This document shows, piece by piece, positions 37,741 through 52,380 of a stretch of 64,000 bases of DNA. The stretch covers positions 96,968,001-97,032,000 of the forward strand of contig OZ024746.1 of NCBI GenBank assembly GCA_964016885.1, in the 5' to 3' direction. Position numbers and translations under genes: made by a program. Origin of the DNA: Eledone cirrhosa (lineage: Eukaryota). Under the pieces are notes generated by a model, which saw only the letters and a program-made list of their open reading frames with translations, had not been told where the DNA came from and searched no databases. Every line of letters begins with the position of its first letter. The stretch's first letter is position 1.

Positions 37741-38708
37741 AATATATGAGTAGACAAAGAAAACAAAAACAAAACAATAAAAACAACAACTAAAAACTAG
37801 AATATTAAATAGTCATTGTGACCTTCACAGTAGTTTGACTGCAACAGAAGAGTAATCTTTAGTAAGGTAATGAGAATTAGTAGGCTATTGTTGGCAGAAC
37901 AAATTAGGCAGCAAGAAAAGATGTGTTGTTCTATATTTAGCTGACAGACAATGTATCTACATATTGAGTAAATAAAATGTATTGATGCAGCAAACAATAA
38001 ATCTAAGCCAGTTGATGTGAATGAAATTAGTGATGAGTGAATGGGTGTAGTGAATAGACTCAAATGTTCCATATGCTTCAAGTAATCATTGATGTATTCC
38101 AATGATTTTAGACAATGAAGATATGCTGGTGACATGATAAAATGCATCTAGTACATTAAGTAATGTGGTAGTACAGTGCTATGTGAAAATCCACTCAATC
38201 AACTCTGTAATATGAAAATGCTGATACCATGAGAATATGCACCCAATACACTCTGTAAAGCGATAGTGCGGGTGTCATGATAAAACACCCAGTACACTCT
38301 GTAAAGCGATAGTGTTGGCGTCATGATAAAACACCCAGTAAACTCTGTAAAGTGTTAGTGCTGGTGGCACAATAAAATGTACCTCTAATAAAATGTACAC
38401 TCTAAAACATCAAAATATATTCAAAAAGATTCCACATTCATTTCTATTTAACACTTTTGATACCAAACTGCTTATAACTGCCCGTGGTTTGATAATAAAA
38501 AGTCATTTGTTTTAAAGTGTTTTATCTAAATTTAAATCTTCCGTCATGTAAGAATCTTTGTTATGATTCAAATACCAGCCTAACAATGGACAATATTTGT
38601 TTTTTTACTTAATCCTTCTGAATTCTTGATTAATTTTATTATATAAATTTTAAAACTAGTAGAAAATTATAGATAGAGTCAATCATTAGAAATGTGGTAA
38701 TGATAGGG

Positions 38709-38909
38709 TTAGCCTTTTAGCCTTTATATTACTCTATAGTTACCATTGTATTTTCACAGTAAAGGCTTTATCTCACATAATATTGAATCTAATAGATTTT
38801 GATAATAATACCTTAACATTAATATGAGCGACCAATTAAGGCCAGTTTGAACAGAAAGAGGTGAGAGAATTCTTGCTGGATATGGCCGGTTTAAAGGCTA
38901 AAGGGTTAA
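38709..38909. mobile_element. piggyBac-type MITE
   Basis: Same family, left end degenerate. Confidence 0.75.
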
Positions 38910-41900
38910 GTAAAATAAAAAGGAAGTTTTTAGCTAAAAGTAAGAGTAGAATCTAAATAAGGAAACAAGTTCGGTGTATACTATTGTTCAAACCATTAAT
39001 AAGCATCTATTGGTATGGAAAATACAAATAGGAGCTACTTCAATGTGTTCTAGTTGTTTAGCCCTAAGTCAACCAGAATGGGCAGATTTATGCTCAAATG
39101 TATTCTAATCATAATTATTCTATATTTTATTCTGGCATTGGTATCTAACACTACATTATCCAATGTGAGCTTAAATGTAATATTTTGATCAGATGTTAAG
39201 GTATGATTTAAAAGACATTTGCCTGCTATTTCTAGTAGGTCGAGTAAGCATGTATATGCTTCCTTGTTGTACTTCAGTTGAATTAGATTGGAAAATTCTT
39301 CACTATGTAAATAGCTAAGACTGGCTTCATAACTTAATATTGATTTCCTACATAGGCATGGTGTCACAAATCTATAGAGAAGGGGAAATAAATTGCAAGC
39401 TATTTATGCTATTCTCAGGGGCAATATGAAACACACGAAGTGAAATGCTTCAATGGAAGACTTGTATTTGGACATTACTACTATTTCCATTTAACAGATT
39501 AACTTATTTTTTCATGAATCCCAACGGCCTATAGGGTTGGTTGGTGCTTAACATTGTCTTCTGCTCAGTGGAGCACATCAGAGTCAGTTATTCTATGTAG
39601 GATATTTGTCTATTGCAGGTGGATGCTTTAGTAAAGTGAAGTGATGCAATGTAGAATGTAGTGTCTTTCATAGAGGCACAACTAGAGCAACTAGAACATA
39701 TTTAATAGTAAGTAAGTCTTAGAAGCAGATTAAACAAATTTAAGTACTTTAAAATCCCATATAAAACTTTAACAAAAACATTTAGCAGATTAATATTTGT
39801 TTATCTATAAGATGGTATAACACGTAGAGAAATATCAAGATGATGAGAGCTTGAGCACTTAGATGCATATATTTTCACCCTCACACACATTTTGAAATGC
39901 AGGAGAACACAACGATTTGCATGTGTAAGTATACAAGCATATGTGTGTGTATATGAATATGTATGATTGATAATATCGGACTAATGGAAAAAAAATGTAA
40001 ACATATATTATGAAGTTTATGATTGGCTCAACAATTTCTAGCAAGAAAATATATTAAAAATATGTAAATATTATCAAAACAAATCATATAGAATGGAAAG
40101 TAACAATGTAGAAATTGTTGGTATTGATAACAATCATAAAACATTTGATGAAAAAATATATATTTCTTGATAAGTGAACAAAAAGTAGAAGATAAATAAA
40201 AATATATGGCATCGAAATAAAACTAATAAAATGTTATGATAGACTACATTCAAATTCACAAAAGAGTTTGGAAAATTGAGAATGTTTTAAAAATTTTTTA
40301 TTAAAGCTAAAATGAATGTTTTGAGCAAAGTACTTCTTTCTGGAGATAAAAGATATTATTAATCAAAACATTTATTTCTGAGTGAGAACAGATAACACAA
40401 GATCATTGAGACTTTCATCCAACTTTCAGAAAAAAAAGGGTTAATGAAAATTAAATATTACCAGATTTAAGAAAAAATTAATCATACTTTGCTTTATGAA
40501 AAATTGAAATGTATCTGAATAAATCCACTTAATAAAATTACATGCTAGTGAAGTTGCCTTTTATTTAAATATATTTTACATGTGATTCTTTTCCTTTGAT
40601 CGATAAAGATGAAACTATATAAATCTTAACTAAAAAAAGATCTAACAAAATGTCTTAGTTTCAAGTACAATACTATTTTGATAGTTCAGTGGTTTTAGCA
40701 GAGAAGCGTTTTACTGCCTCCACCCAGAAATGATTTTATTTGCATTTGAATTTATTTCTAATATAATTAAATTAAATTTAAGAGCCAATTACATGATATA
40801 AATTCTATAGCAATAATATAATTAATCAGAATTTATTTGGTTACTTAACTAATAGGAAAATGCATAGCTAATACAAAAGTTGTTAACATATTGAAGTTGA
40901 TAAAATCCTTATTCTGTAGACCCTGTAACCTCATATTCAGAAGTCTTTTATGAAACATAGATGACTGTATATATTGCTAGCAAATATTGATAGCTTTAAA
41001 TCTTAGCACAAAAAATACTTTTTGAACAATCACATGATATCTTTGACTGCAGTAGAAGAGTTAAATTTAACATTTATACAGATATAAAATATTTTTAGAG
41101 GAGGTTTGATTTTCAGATCGCTATGATCTTATAGTATAGGTTAACACATTGTTTATAAAATCTTAAGTATCTATTCTTTTATTATTTTAGTAGTTTCAGC
41201 CAGTGGCATGTAGCCATGCTTGTGCATTGCCTTATTTAAAGATATAAAAAGATATCAATGTCAAATTGTTTCTGATTTACATATACATTTTCAAGTAAAT
41301 AAATTTAGTAAAAACAAAACTCTTCAATAAATGACAATAAAGTAGGTATTTAAAGCCCTAAACACTAAACGATAAATAATAGATATTTATACTACAATAC
41401 AGTCTACGTTTGAATATTTAGGGTAAACATAAGATAGATATAATTACCATTTTTGAATGAGAAGCCTTAGTTGAGAAAAGAATAAACTGTGGTTTAAACA
41501 CTTTTGATTTTTCCTCCTTTAAGTACAGAAGAATAGTCAAGTGTTTCATTCTTTTCATAGTTAAGGCTTCTAATTCAAAAGCTATAGTTATATCTACTTT
41601 AACTTTACACTAAGTAATAAATATATATAGTAGCTCTGGTGCTTTTAAAAGAATTGATGCTATTGCATGTTTAAAGATATATTTAATTTAAACAAATCAT
41701 TGACATACAACTCCCATCTTCCATTAATAAAGTTCTTAATTTGTTGAGAGACGTGTCCATCTGTCACACCACTTTCAATTAAAGGGAAATTATATATAGG
41801 TAATTAATGAATAAATTCTCTCTTCTTCTTTGATGAAGTATTATTTTGTCAATTGTTACATACAGATAAACTAGGAAATGAATAGAGCAATATTTCGAGA

Positions 41901-43507
41901 GCAACTTTTGTATGAATATTAAATAATATAATTAAGTAAATATAATTAATCTCCAACTCTATAAAATGTTATTATCAATTTAAGAACAAAATAAAAAAAG
42001 AAAACCATTTGAATTGAAGACTAATGAAATTTTGGATAATAATAATGATAATTTGATGCGATGATGATGATGATGATAATAATAGTTAAATTATGTTTTA
42101 TCAACAAAATAATGAAATTGTACAAGTGTGTCTACTTAAGTTTAGGTGATTATTTTCCAAGAAATTTCAGATACTAATCAATAGAGATCTATTTATTGGT
42201 CACAAGCTATTTAGTGTAGTCAAGTTTAACTTTTTTAAATTTTAATTTAAGATTAACAAGAAAATAGGAATTTCTAGCTGATTACTACTATTTATTTCCT
42301 TATTTTCTTGCAAATAAGGAGGGGAAACTTCAAGGAGTAAAGATAGGAATTTTTATTTAGTAGAAAGAGCTTTTTGAAACAACTCAAAAAATTTAGCATG
42401 AATTTTTAGTTGGATGTAAACTCATTTATTTTTTTAATTAAGAATATAAAAAGATTTTTATTTTGAAAAACAATGTTTTAAAATCTTTGCATGATTATAA
42501 ATTGCCTCATTTTCAAAAGTGCTTGTTTTTTAACAAGAGCATTATTTACAATAAGTGTTGCAGAGTAGTGAGGATAGTGGGTCCTCTGTCAATTTCAACG
42601 ATGAGCAGTCAGTAGATTTACTGAACAACCAACTCATTACCTAATATGTAAGTGGTTGAGTGTTCCACAAACATGTGTACCATTGACGTAATTCACAAGC
42701 TGAATTAGTGGGACACAATCAGAGCTGGAGGTTCCCAGGGGACTTCAGGTTTGCGAGGTTCCCTCATACACAAAAATTAGAATACACAGTTCCCCCTTCC
42801 CGCCTCCAATTTTACGTATCAAAGTTAGCTTGGCACAAATAACTGGACTTGAAAGTTATACATACAGGAATTAAATTGGAATTAAACAAATAAATTGTTA
42901 CACCCATTGCTGCCTCCCCCTCCACTGCAGGGAACCCAGAGCAATTGTCCCTTTTGCCCACTATTAAACCTGGTCCTGGTCACAATATGTGACAAAACTG
43001 GACCTTTGAATTACAGGTACAATTCATTTGATGGGCTTCCACTCAGTTTCTGTCTACCCAATTCATTCAGAAAGCTTCAGTTAACCTGAGGTTATAATAA
43101 ATACACTTTGCCTAAGATACAGTACAGTGGGGTTGAATCAGAAAATTCATGACTGTGAAGCAAACTTCTTAACCACAAGCCACACTTTCGTCCAAACTGC
43201 AGAATAGTTACAAGCTATTCATTAACTAAGTCGCTATGACTGTTTATTTATGACTGAAACATTTTACTTTACATCATGTATTTGCAAATGTAAGGAGATG
43301 TTTATTGCCTGAAGAGACATGGACTTCATCATGTTGTTGATGATGATTTATCAAACCATTAAGAAATATGCTATTGTTAAATTATAATAAAACATTCTTG
43401 CAAAAGGTCAAAGTTTCCAAATTTAACTATTTGTTGCAATAGAAAAAGTGTTTTGAAATAGTTATTTTGAAAGCTCACAAATAGAACTTTTCTAGAAGAG
43501 TATTATG

Positions 43508-43905
43508 AAGTGGTTAAGCAGTATCAGTAGAGCGTCAGACACCATGCTTTGCAGCATAGAGTTATGGCCCTTTGCGTTCTGAGTTCAAATCTCACCGACG
43601 TTAACTTAGCCTTTCATCCTTACGGGGTTGATAAAATACAGTACTAGTAATGTACTGGGGTAATTGCTGGCCTTGTGCCAAAAGCAGAAACAATCATTAT
43701 CAATGGTGGATTGGCACTACCAGTAGAGTATCAGACACTATGCTTTGCGGCATAGGATTATGGCCCTTTACGTTCTGAATTCAAATCCTGCTGAGGTTAG
43801 CTTTACCTTTCATCATTTCGGGGTCGATAAAATAAAGTACCAGTAATGCACTGGTACTTTCCCTCCCCTTCAAATTGCTGGTCTTGTGCCTAAAGTAGAA
43901 ACAAT
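43508..43905 (+). mobile_element. Two tandem SINE A copies
   Basis: Two consecutive head-body-tail units. Confidence 0.8.
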
Positions 43906-44007
43906 TCTTATCAATGTCTGCATAGGGTTAAAGTATTGTTGATATCCAGGCTTATAACTAACAGTCTAATATCAGATAATAATTTATTATTTAATATGTA
44001 AATTTTA

Positions 44008-44223
44008 TTAACCCTTTAGCATTTACATTACTCTATATATACTATTGTATTTTTATGGTAAAGGCTTTATCTCACATAATATCGAATCTCGGAAATTTTG
44101 ATATTATTTATTTTGAGAAAAATACCTTAATGTCAGTATGAGCAACTGGTTACAGACAGTTTGAACAGAAAGAGGTGAGAAAATTCTGGATGGATACAAC
44201 CGGTTTAAATGCTAAAGGGTTAA
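44008..44223. mobile_element. piggyBac-type MITE
   Basis: Perfect TIR ttaaccctttagcattta / taaatgctaaagggttaa. Confidence 0.87.
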
Positions 44224-44671
44224 GTTCTATATTTAAATGGTAGTTTCTTGGGGCACTAATTTTTTTAGCAATTATATTTTTAGCATTTTTCCTTGATGAA
44301 AATTGTGTTTAGAGTAAAACCTTGTATGTTATTTTAACCATTTAAAAACCATCTCCTTTAAAGTTTTAAAATTTAGATTAAAATCAAATTATTGCATGAA
44401 ATATAGTATTAGATTTCAGTAGTTAAATATTTGTATTTTATTATTAAGTTGAAAGTTAGTTATTTCACTTAACCTCACATAATTCATGATTATTATGGGA
44501 ATTATATTTTCTTGTTGGAAATAAACTAACAATACTGTTAAACATCAGTTAGCAAATGAATATTTAACTATTAATTTTCTTAACTCTTCCCAAATCTTAG
44601 TAATTTAAATGAAAATTAACTGATAACCCATTGATACTAGAGATATATTAAAAAAGGATCTAGTATCAAAA

Positions 44672-44880
44672 TAATTGTTTCTACTTTAGGCACAAGGCCA
44701 ACAAATTTGGGGGGAAGGGAAAGGCAATTAAATCAAACCCAGATCAATACTGGTGCTTTATTTTATCAACCCTGTAAAGATGAAAGGCAAAGCTAGCCTT
44801 GACAGGATTTGAACTCAAAATGTAAAGGGCCTTAACTCTATGCTGCAATTCATGGTGTCTGACGCTCTACCAATAATGTC
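44672..44880 (-). mobile_element. SINE family A (older copy)
   Basis: Diverged match to family A. Confidence 0.75.
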
Positions 44881-45870
44881 AAAAATAATAACTAATCTTA
44901 AAGTGACTTGGAGAAAATTTACTTAAATTTCAAAGTGCTCAAGGTACGCATAACAACAATTTATGTCTACAAACAATTGAAGCTAAAGGGAACGTCTGCT
45001 ATTAAGAACTTATCTAATATCTCTTCAATATATCCCCTGTATTCATAATATCAGAATGTATTTTTCAATATCAGAATGCTGGGTGTAATTTTTAAAAGAT
45101 TGGACAGGATACTATGGTATCTGATCAGGCTTTGTTTGTTTTTTTAGTTCAAATCCTACTTTCTTCAGTCAGGAGTTATGTCTAACAGACAGACTAATGT
45201 AAACATAGATTCCTTGATCTGATCTGATGATCAGGTTTTGTGTTTTCTGAGTTCAAATTCCACCTTCGGTCAGGAGTTATATCTAACAGACAGTATAAGC
45301 AATAGAAACCAATGGAAACATAATTTACTTGATTTGATCTGTTGATTAAGTCCTTTCATTTAATAAAAGAAAAATGCTTAATTCAAACATTCTGATATAA
45401 ATGGCAACCATTTCAATTCTGTCTACAAAGATCTGCTTTATTACATTTATTAGGCAGGCTTCGCTATACTTACGTAGAATTTTGTATTTACCTAACCCCT
45501 TTGTAATTTATCATTATTGATTCATTCTTAACTATCAGCAGTTACTTTATAAACTAGAAACCTACAGACTATAAACCTACATCGAAGAACAATCTTTGTT
45601 TTCTATTTCTAGTGTCACAAATAGCAAATTCATTTAGCTTCTATAATTCAGTAGCTTTAGATTCCCTTTCAGCTTCAGATTTGAGATATATATATTCACT
45701 AAAAATGTCTAAGTGACTGTTTATTAACAAGATTATCTCTATGGTTTGACATCAATAGTCAACTATGAATTTATGATTCTGGTCTATTTTCTATAGACAT
45801 ATTTCAATTGAACCTAAATAGTCAGTATTCTACAGAACTACCAACACACACACACACACACACATATATA

Positions 45871-45939
<69 letters not shown>

Positions 45940-45959
45940 TTATATATATATGTGTATAT

Positions 45960-46050
<91 letters not shown>

Positions 46051-46447
46051 TTCACACACACATATATATATATATATATATACATATATATAAATTTGAT
46101 AGACTACAATGTGATATATTTGGATTCTATATTGGGATGCCCTTTGCTTCAAAGCAGATATTTTATATACACACATACGGAAATCAATCTATTGATAATG
46201 TCATTTAATCTTGAATTTAGAGTATTTTGTTTAGTGAAATCGAGCATCATCAGAAATTATTTGGCTAATAGCAGAAATCTAGTGGATTTAGTAGAAAAAA
46301 AGATTATTTTATAATAGACCTAGCTGTTTTTTTAGCTTCAGAGAAAGAATATTGAACTCTGCAAATTAATATATCAGATCATCATTATTTTATATCAGCT
46401 TTCTATGCTGGCATGTGTTGGATGAGCTGACACAGTTCAAGACTGGT

Positions 46448-46647
46448 TTAACCCTTTAGCATTTAAACAGGACCTATCACCTCTTTCTGTTCAAACTGAC
46501 CATAACTAGCCACTCATCCTAATGTTAAGGTATTGTTCTCAAAATAAATAATATCATAAGCTCATAGATTCGATATTATGTGAGATAAAGTCTTTACCAT
46601 GAAAATACAATAGTAAAGACAAAGTAATGTGAATACTAAAGGGTTAA
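46448..46647. mobile_element. piggyBac-type MITE
   Basis: TTAA-bounded, same family. Confidence 0.82.
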
Positions 46648-49099
46648 CTGAAAAACATTGTCTTGCTTGTACATTCCATTTTTAACATCGTTTCTATGGT
46701 TAGGTGCCCTTCCTATCACCAAACATGTTACAGAGTGTAATGGGTATATTATCATGGCACCCAAGGTTGGAGTTAATGGGGGGCAAAGGGGGAAATGGCC
46801 CTGGGCCCCCTACACCGTTGGCTGTAGCAATTTATTTGTGCCCTTAAATTAGGCTTTTTAGCTTTAGGATGGTTAGAATTTGTTTAATTTAATACCTGTA
46901 TGTATAACTTTTCAATTCAAATTACTTGTGCCAAGCTAACTTTGATATGTAAAATCAGTGAGGTTTACTGTGTATTCTAATTTTTTGTGTATGAGCACCC
47001 CCAATGCTGATGTTCCCTGAACCCCCACCCCAAGGTCTGAATCCAACCCTAACCAAGTCATTATTTAATCGGGGTTACTGTTTTACTAGACAGATTTTAT
47101 TTTTGGCATGGTTTCTATGGCTAATGCTAATCAGTTTTTATGAGTTGCTAATTTAAATTAAGAAAATATTTAGGATTTAATAAAATTATTTAACCTTTTA
47201 ATAATAATTTCAGATAAACATTTAGAATTTAAGTGTGGACAAGGTCATAATTAAAAACACACCATGATTTATATATTCTATTTCATAAATAATTAGATGC
47301 CAAAATTAAAAGTCATAAATCTTAGTACTTCAAAATCGTTGTTACATTTTAACTATATTTAGAAACATTAAATTAGAATTTATTCTCTCAAAATAAGTTA
47401 CATCACTATTAGTACAAATATATACTAGCTGAATAAATTTAGATCTAAATTTGTTTGTACTAACATTTGTATAGTATTTAACAAGCTTCAAAAATCACAG
47501 AAAATATGACATAAAATTTCAATAATGAAAAATTATCCAAATCAATAGTAAAAAGGTCAAGCTATTTTTACAGGGAATTATCAATTCAAATTCTCTATCT
47601 TTAAAAAAAAAAAAAAATTCACTACTGGATGAAATTGGAACTGTTTTCTAAAAAAATGCAGTTTTGACTTTGAATGGAAATCTAAAAATGAACATTTAAT
47701 GGTGATGTACAAAATATAATACGAATATTATTCTGGAAAAAAAAATAAAACAAATAAAAAAAAAAGATAAAAAAAAGTAAAAAAAAGCTATAATGACACA
47801 CTGTTATGACAACTGTAGCCTGTTGGAAAAAAAGATAATATCATTATAGAATAACAATAATAATAATGATAATAATAACAATAATATTAGTTTCTAGTGT
47901 AAATGTTCTGCTCAATATTTGTCAATTGACACGAAAACCCAATGGAAAGGAGAGAAAAAGTGTTAGGCGTTGACAGAAAGGAAGTACAGAATTTGAATAT
48001 CAGATATAGATTAATGGAAGAAAAGAAAATACAAAGAAATGTTTTTATATAAATATAGTTGTGTAAAATAAATATTTTTGTTAGGAACCCTTTCCAAAAT
48101 ATCATTTTATGGAATGTTTTTGCCAAATCTTTAACAATATCAATTTATAATTCTAATAAATATTTTATGTAAATTTAAACTAAAAGTTATTGTCCATTAT
48201 CATGTGATAATTCTTTTTGTTATGAGAATCTTGAACAGAAAAAAATCTTAATCAACAAAAGAAGGTCTAGATATTTACCAAACAAAAACATGTAATTAAT
48301 TATTGCAAATTTGGTTTTAGAAACTAACTCAAAAGACATTCTGGTTCCAAAATAGAGTAAAAAGAAACACAAAAAATAAAATAAACAGGTTTGTGTAAAT
48401 CATTCATGAAATAAACATTTTCCATTATTCTTGAAACGATTATTCTTATATTAGATAGAGAAAGGAAATAGATGAAGTGAATTAGAAAGAAAAAAAAATT
48501 ATAAATATAAGAGGACAATTAATAAATGAAGAAAAAAGCAAAAAAAAAAAATTAAAATTAAAATAAAATAAGAGTTTAAAAAAAAATGAAAAATACCCTT
48601 CTAGAGAGCAGCAGAGTAGCAGAGTTCAGAAGTCAAAGTTGGAATGTTTGGAGCATGGAGTTGAAGACAGTGTGAAGCAGAAGATTAATATCTCTACAAG
48701 TGTTGAAGAAAAGTAGTTAGTAGAAGTTCTAAGTGAGTAATATCGATTTATTTTACACTTGCTTCTTAAGTATTAAAAGCTATATAATTGTAAAAATATA
48801 GCGGGCTTTATATTTGTCCTAGTACTTCAGTAAGATATTTAAAAGAATTTTATTTATTAAAGTTTAAACTTTTTTCTCTAAATTCTCTATTAGAATTCTT
48901 TAGATGGTTTAAGCAATCATGACTAAGGTTATGTTGAATGTTTAGGCTTTTTAACATGTATTAAAGGGTTATATTATAAAGCTTATACTAAAATTGATAG
49001 TTTGAAACTAGGCAATTTATTATGATTTTAAAATAACTAGAAAATAAAAAGTATATATGTATGTTTAGATATATAATTATATATATATATAAATATATA

Positions 49100-49398
49100 T
49101 CATCATTTCATTTTACGTCCGCTTTTCCCTGCTTGCAAGGGTGGGACGGGAACTGATTCTGGCTTGATTTCTACAGCTGGATGCACTTCCTAACGCCAAT
49201 TTTATTTACAGTGAGTGCTGGGTGCTTTTTTTTTTGTTGTGGAACCTCCACGACCACTTTGCATCTCATTTCTACAGCTGAGTAAACTGGAGCAATGTGA
49301 AATAAAGTGTCTTGCTCAAGGAAACAACACATCACCCGGTCTGAGATTTGAACTCACAACCTTTCGATTGCAAGGCCAATGCTCTAACCAATAAGCCA
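49100..49398 (-). mobile_element. SINE family B (internal deletion)
   Basis: Match to family B; TA flanks. Confidence 0.85.
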
Positions 49399-49446
49399 TA
49401 TATATATACATATGCAGCTATATATCTATATATGTGTGTATATATA

Positions 49447-49492
<46 letters not shown>

Positions 49493-49515
49493 AATATAAA
49501 TTTATATATATATAC

Positions 49516-49564
<49 letters not shown>

Positions 49565-49605
49565 TATATACATATATATATATATATATACTATATATAC
49601 ATATT

Positions 49606-49645
<40 letters not shown>

Positions 49646-49775
49646 TGTATAGTTATCTATCTTTCTATATATATGTGTGTACAAGTGTATGTATATAATC
49701 ATATACCAGTATATTTATACAAACATTTGTCTATATTTGTAAACATATATACAATCACACACACTATATTATATA

Positions 49776-49843
<68 letters not shown>

Positions 49844-50373
49844 CATATATGTATATATAGTTTTATTCAAATACTGGGTTTTAATTGCACAATAACAAAA
49901 GAGAATTCTTATTCATAAACATACGTTTAGGTGTTAACATTTTTGAAAAAAACTGGTTTTATGTGCTGAAGTGTAATTATAAACATGTTAAAGATAATGG
50001 AAGAATTATTTAAATTACATTTTGTTTTTAATTATTATCTCAACATTCACAAAATAGAGATGGATTAATGTCATTAGCAGGTGAACTGATAGATGGTGAA
50101 ACTAATAATTGTGATATGAACAATGGTTAAGCCAGTATTTGAATAAGGTGATTATATTCTACATTAGACATACACACGCATAATATATATATATATATAT
50201 GCACACATACATATATATATATATATATCATCATCGATTAACGCCCAGCTTCCATGTTACCATGGATTAGACGCGTCCCATTTAGAGGCAAGTTGTATCA
50301 GGTGACCATGTCTTGCTCATATAGGGGTGTTTCTGGCTGGTTATCTACAGCTGGATACCCTTACTAACATCAA

Positions 50374-50409
<36 letters not shown>

Positions 50410-50485
50410 CAAAGGTAATGTGGTAAGGAACCAGATAGAGCATAACGCACCAAAGTACTCAATACTTAGGGTAGTAGAGTGGGTA

Positions 50486-50569
50486 ATAGGAACGAGTAGG
50501 ACCCCGACGGCTGAGCTCAAGCCGTTTCGACGGCTTGAGCTCAGCCGTCGGGGTCCTACTCGTTCCTAT
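50486..50569. repeat. Perfect 40-bp hairpin with a TTCG loop
   Basis: ataggaacgagtaggaccccgacggctgagctcaagccgt-ttcg-acggcttgagctcagccgtcggggtcctactcgttcctat. Confidence 0.92.
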
Positions 50570-50931
50570 ATATATATATATATACATACATATAACTGTT
50601 GCAATTCAATTTTGAGTAATGCCATTTGTTGATACTTAAGCATGAACAGCATGGATGTAGCGTTTTAGTCCAGCTAGGGTCTTGCCTATGTTCAGCAATA
50701 TCAAGCATCATAAAAAATGTCACATATCCAGCGATGCCTTTGCTTGAAGGTTTTTAAGTGAGGAAAGGCCTTGCATGGGGCCAATCCCACTCTCTGGACA
50801 TTGAATGCATTTACCCAAACTATATAACTGGTCTACATTATTGGATGTAAACAAAGTTGCAGGTTTTATATCAGAGTGACCTTCTCCTAGAGAGATGTCT
50901 TAATAAAAACTAGGAGTCTCTCACTCCAGAA

Positions 50932-50964
<33 letters not shown>

Positions 50965-50992
50965 CATACATACACATATATATATATATATA

Positions 50993-51440
50993 TGGTGGCT
51001 GCCAATTCGTTTTCGAGTACGGCCACTACTTTATATCCATGTAGGAGAACCCCTACCGATGCGCTGAACGAGGGTGACTTTTTAGTCCAGCCAGTGACTT
51101 GAAAACTCTGGTACAAACACTACACCTGTGACAATTATTGACACACATTGCTGGGCCCATGGTACCATGTGACGACAAGTGCAGAGAGATCTCCAGATAT
51201 AAAGCAATGCCTGTGCCGTGAAGCTTTTATAGTGAGCAAAGGCACTGCACAAAGCCAGTCCCACTCTCTTAACCAAGATGATATTTACCAAAAAGAAGAA
51301 CAAGTCAACATCATTGGATACCATCAGAGTTGCAGGTGTTATATCAGAGTTTTCCTTCTCCTAGAATTCTGCCTTGACAAAGGCTAAGGGGTCATCTCTC
51401 CCAGTGATTTTGGATGGCCATTGACTCTTAAGAGCTCCTT
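50993..51440 (-). repeat. About 450-bp repeat unit, copy 1 (probably derived from an RTE 5' UTR)
   Basis: Near-identical to 51653-52098 and 53350-53661; the minus strand carries ctaggagaaggaaaactctga, a motif I recognise from RTE 5' UTRs. Confidence 0.7.
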
Positions 51441-51652
51441 ATATATATACACACACATACATACATACATACACAAATATATATATATATACACTAACAT
51501 ACATATATATATGTATATTTACATACACATACACACATATATATATATATAGTATATATATATATATATACATACACATACATATTTATACATATACATA
51601 TGTATATATACACATACATATATATATATATACACATACATACACATACATA

Positions 51653-52258
51653 TGGTGGCTGCCAACTCGTTTTCGAGTATGGCCACTACTTTATATCCAT
51701 GTAGGAGAACCCTACCGATGCGCTGAACGAGTGTGACTTTTTAGTCCAGCCAGCGACTTGAAAACTCTGGTACAAACACTACACTTGTGACAATTATTGT
51801 CACATAGTGCTGGGCCCATGGTACCATGTGACGACAAGTGCAGAGATATCTCCACATATAAAGCAATGCCTGTGCCGTGAAGCTTTTATAGTGAGCAAAG
51901 GCACTGCACAAAGCCAGTCCCACTCTCTTAACCAAGATGATATTTACCAAAAAGAAGAACAAGTCAACATCATCGGATACCATCAGGGTTGCAGCTGTTA
52001 TATCAGAGTTTTTCTTCTCCTAGAATTCTGCCTTGACAAAGGCTAAGGAGTCATCTCTCCCGCTGATTTTGGATGGCCATTGACTCTTAAGAGCTCCTTT
52101 GCCATTTGACAGGTTTTGTTTTTAGTCCTGCAGGATGTCCAAAGTCACCCTCCTCACCAAGAAACCTTGGTGGGGTTGCCAGTTTAGTCGCCAATGACCC
52201 GACCATGAGACAGGTTGTACTGGCATACATGTTACCAGTAGCACCAACTGGTGACACA
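51653..52258 (-). repeat. Repeat unit copy 2 (longest, about 600 bp)
   Basis: Direct repeat of 50993-51440 plus 160 bp extra. Confidence 0.7.
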
Positions 52259-52298
52259 TACATATATATATATATATATACATACACATACATATATA

Positions 52299-52362
<64 letters not shown>

Positions 52363-52380
52363 CATACATACATATATATA

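Noticed and set aside
51082-52046. Repeated 79-80 aa ORFs on both strands
   Set aside because: Chance ORFs in the repeated non-coding unit, with no domain features.
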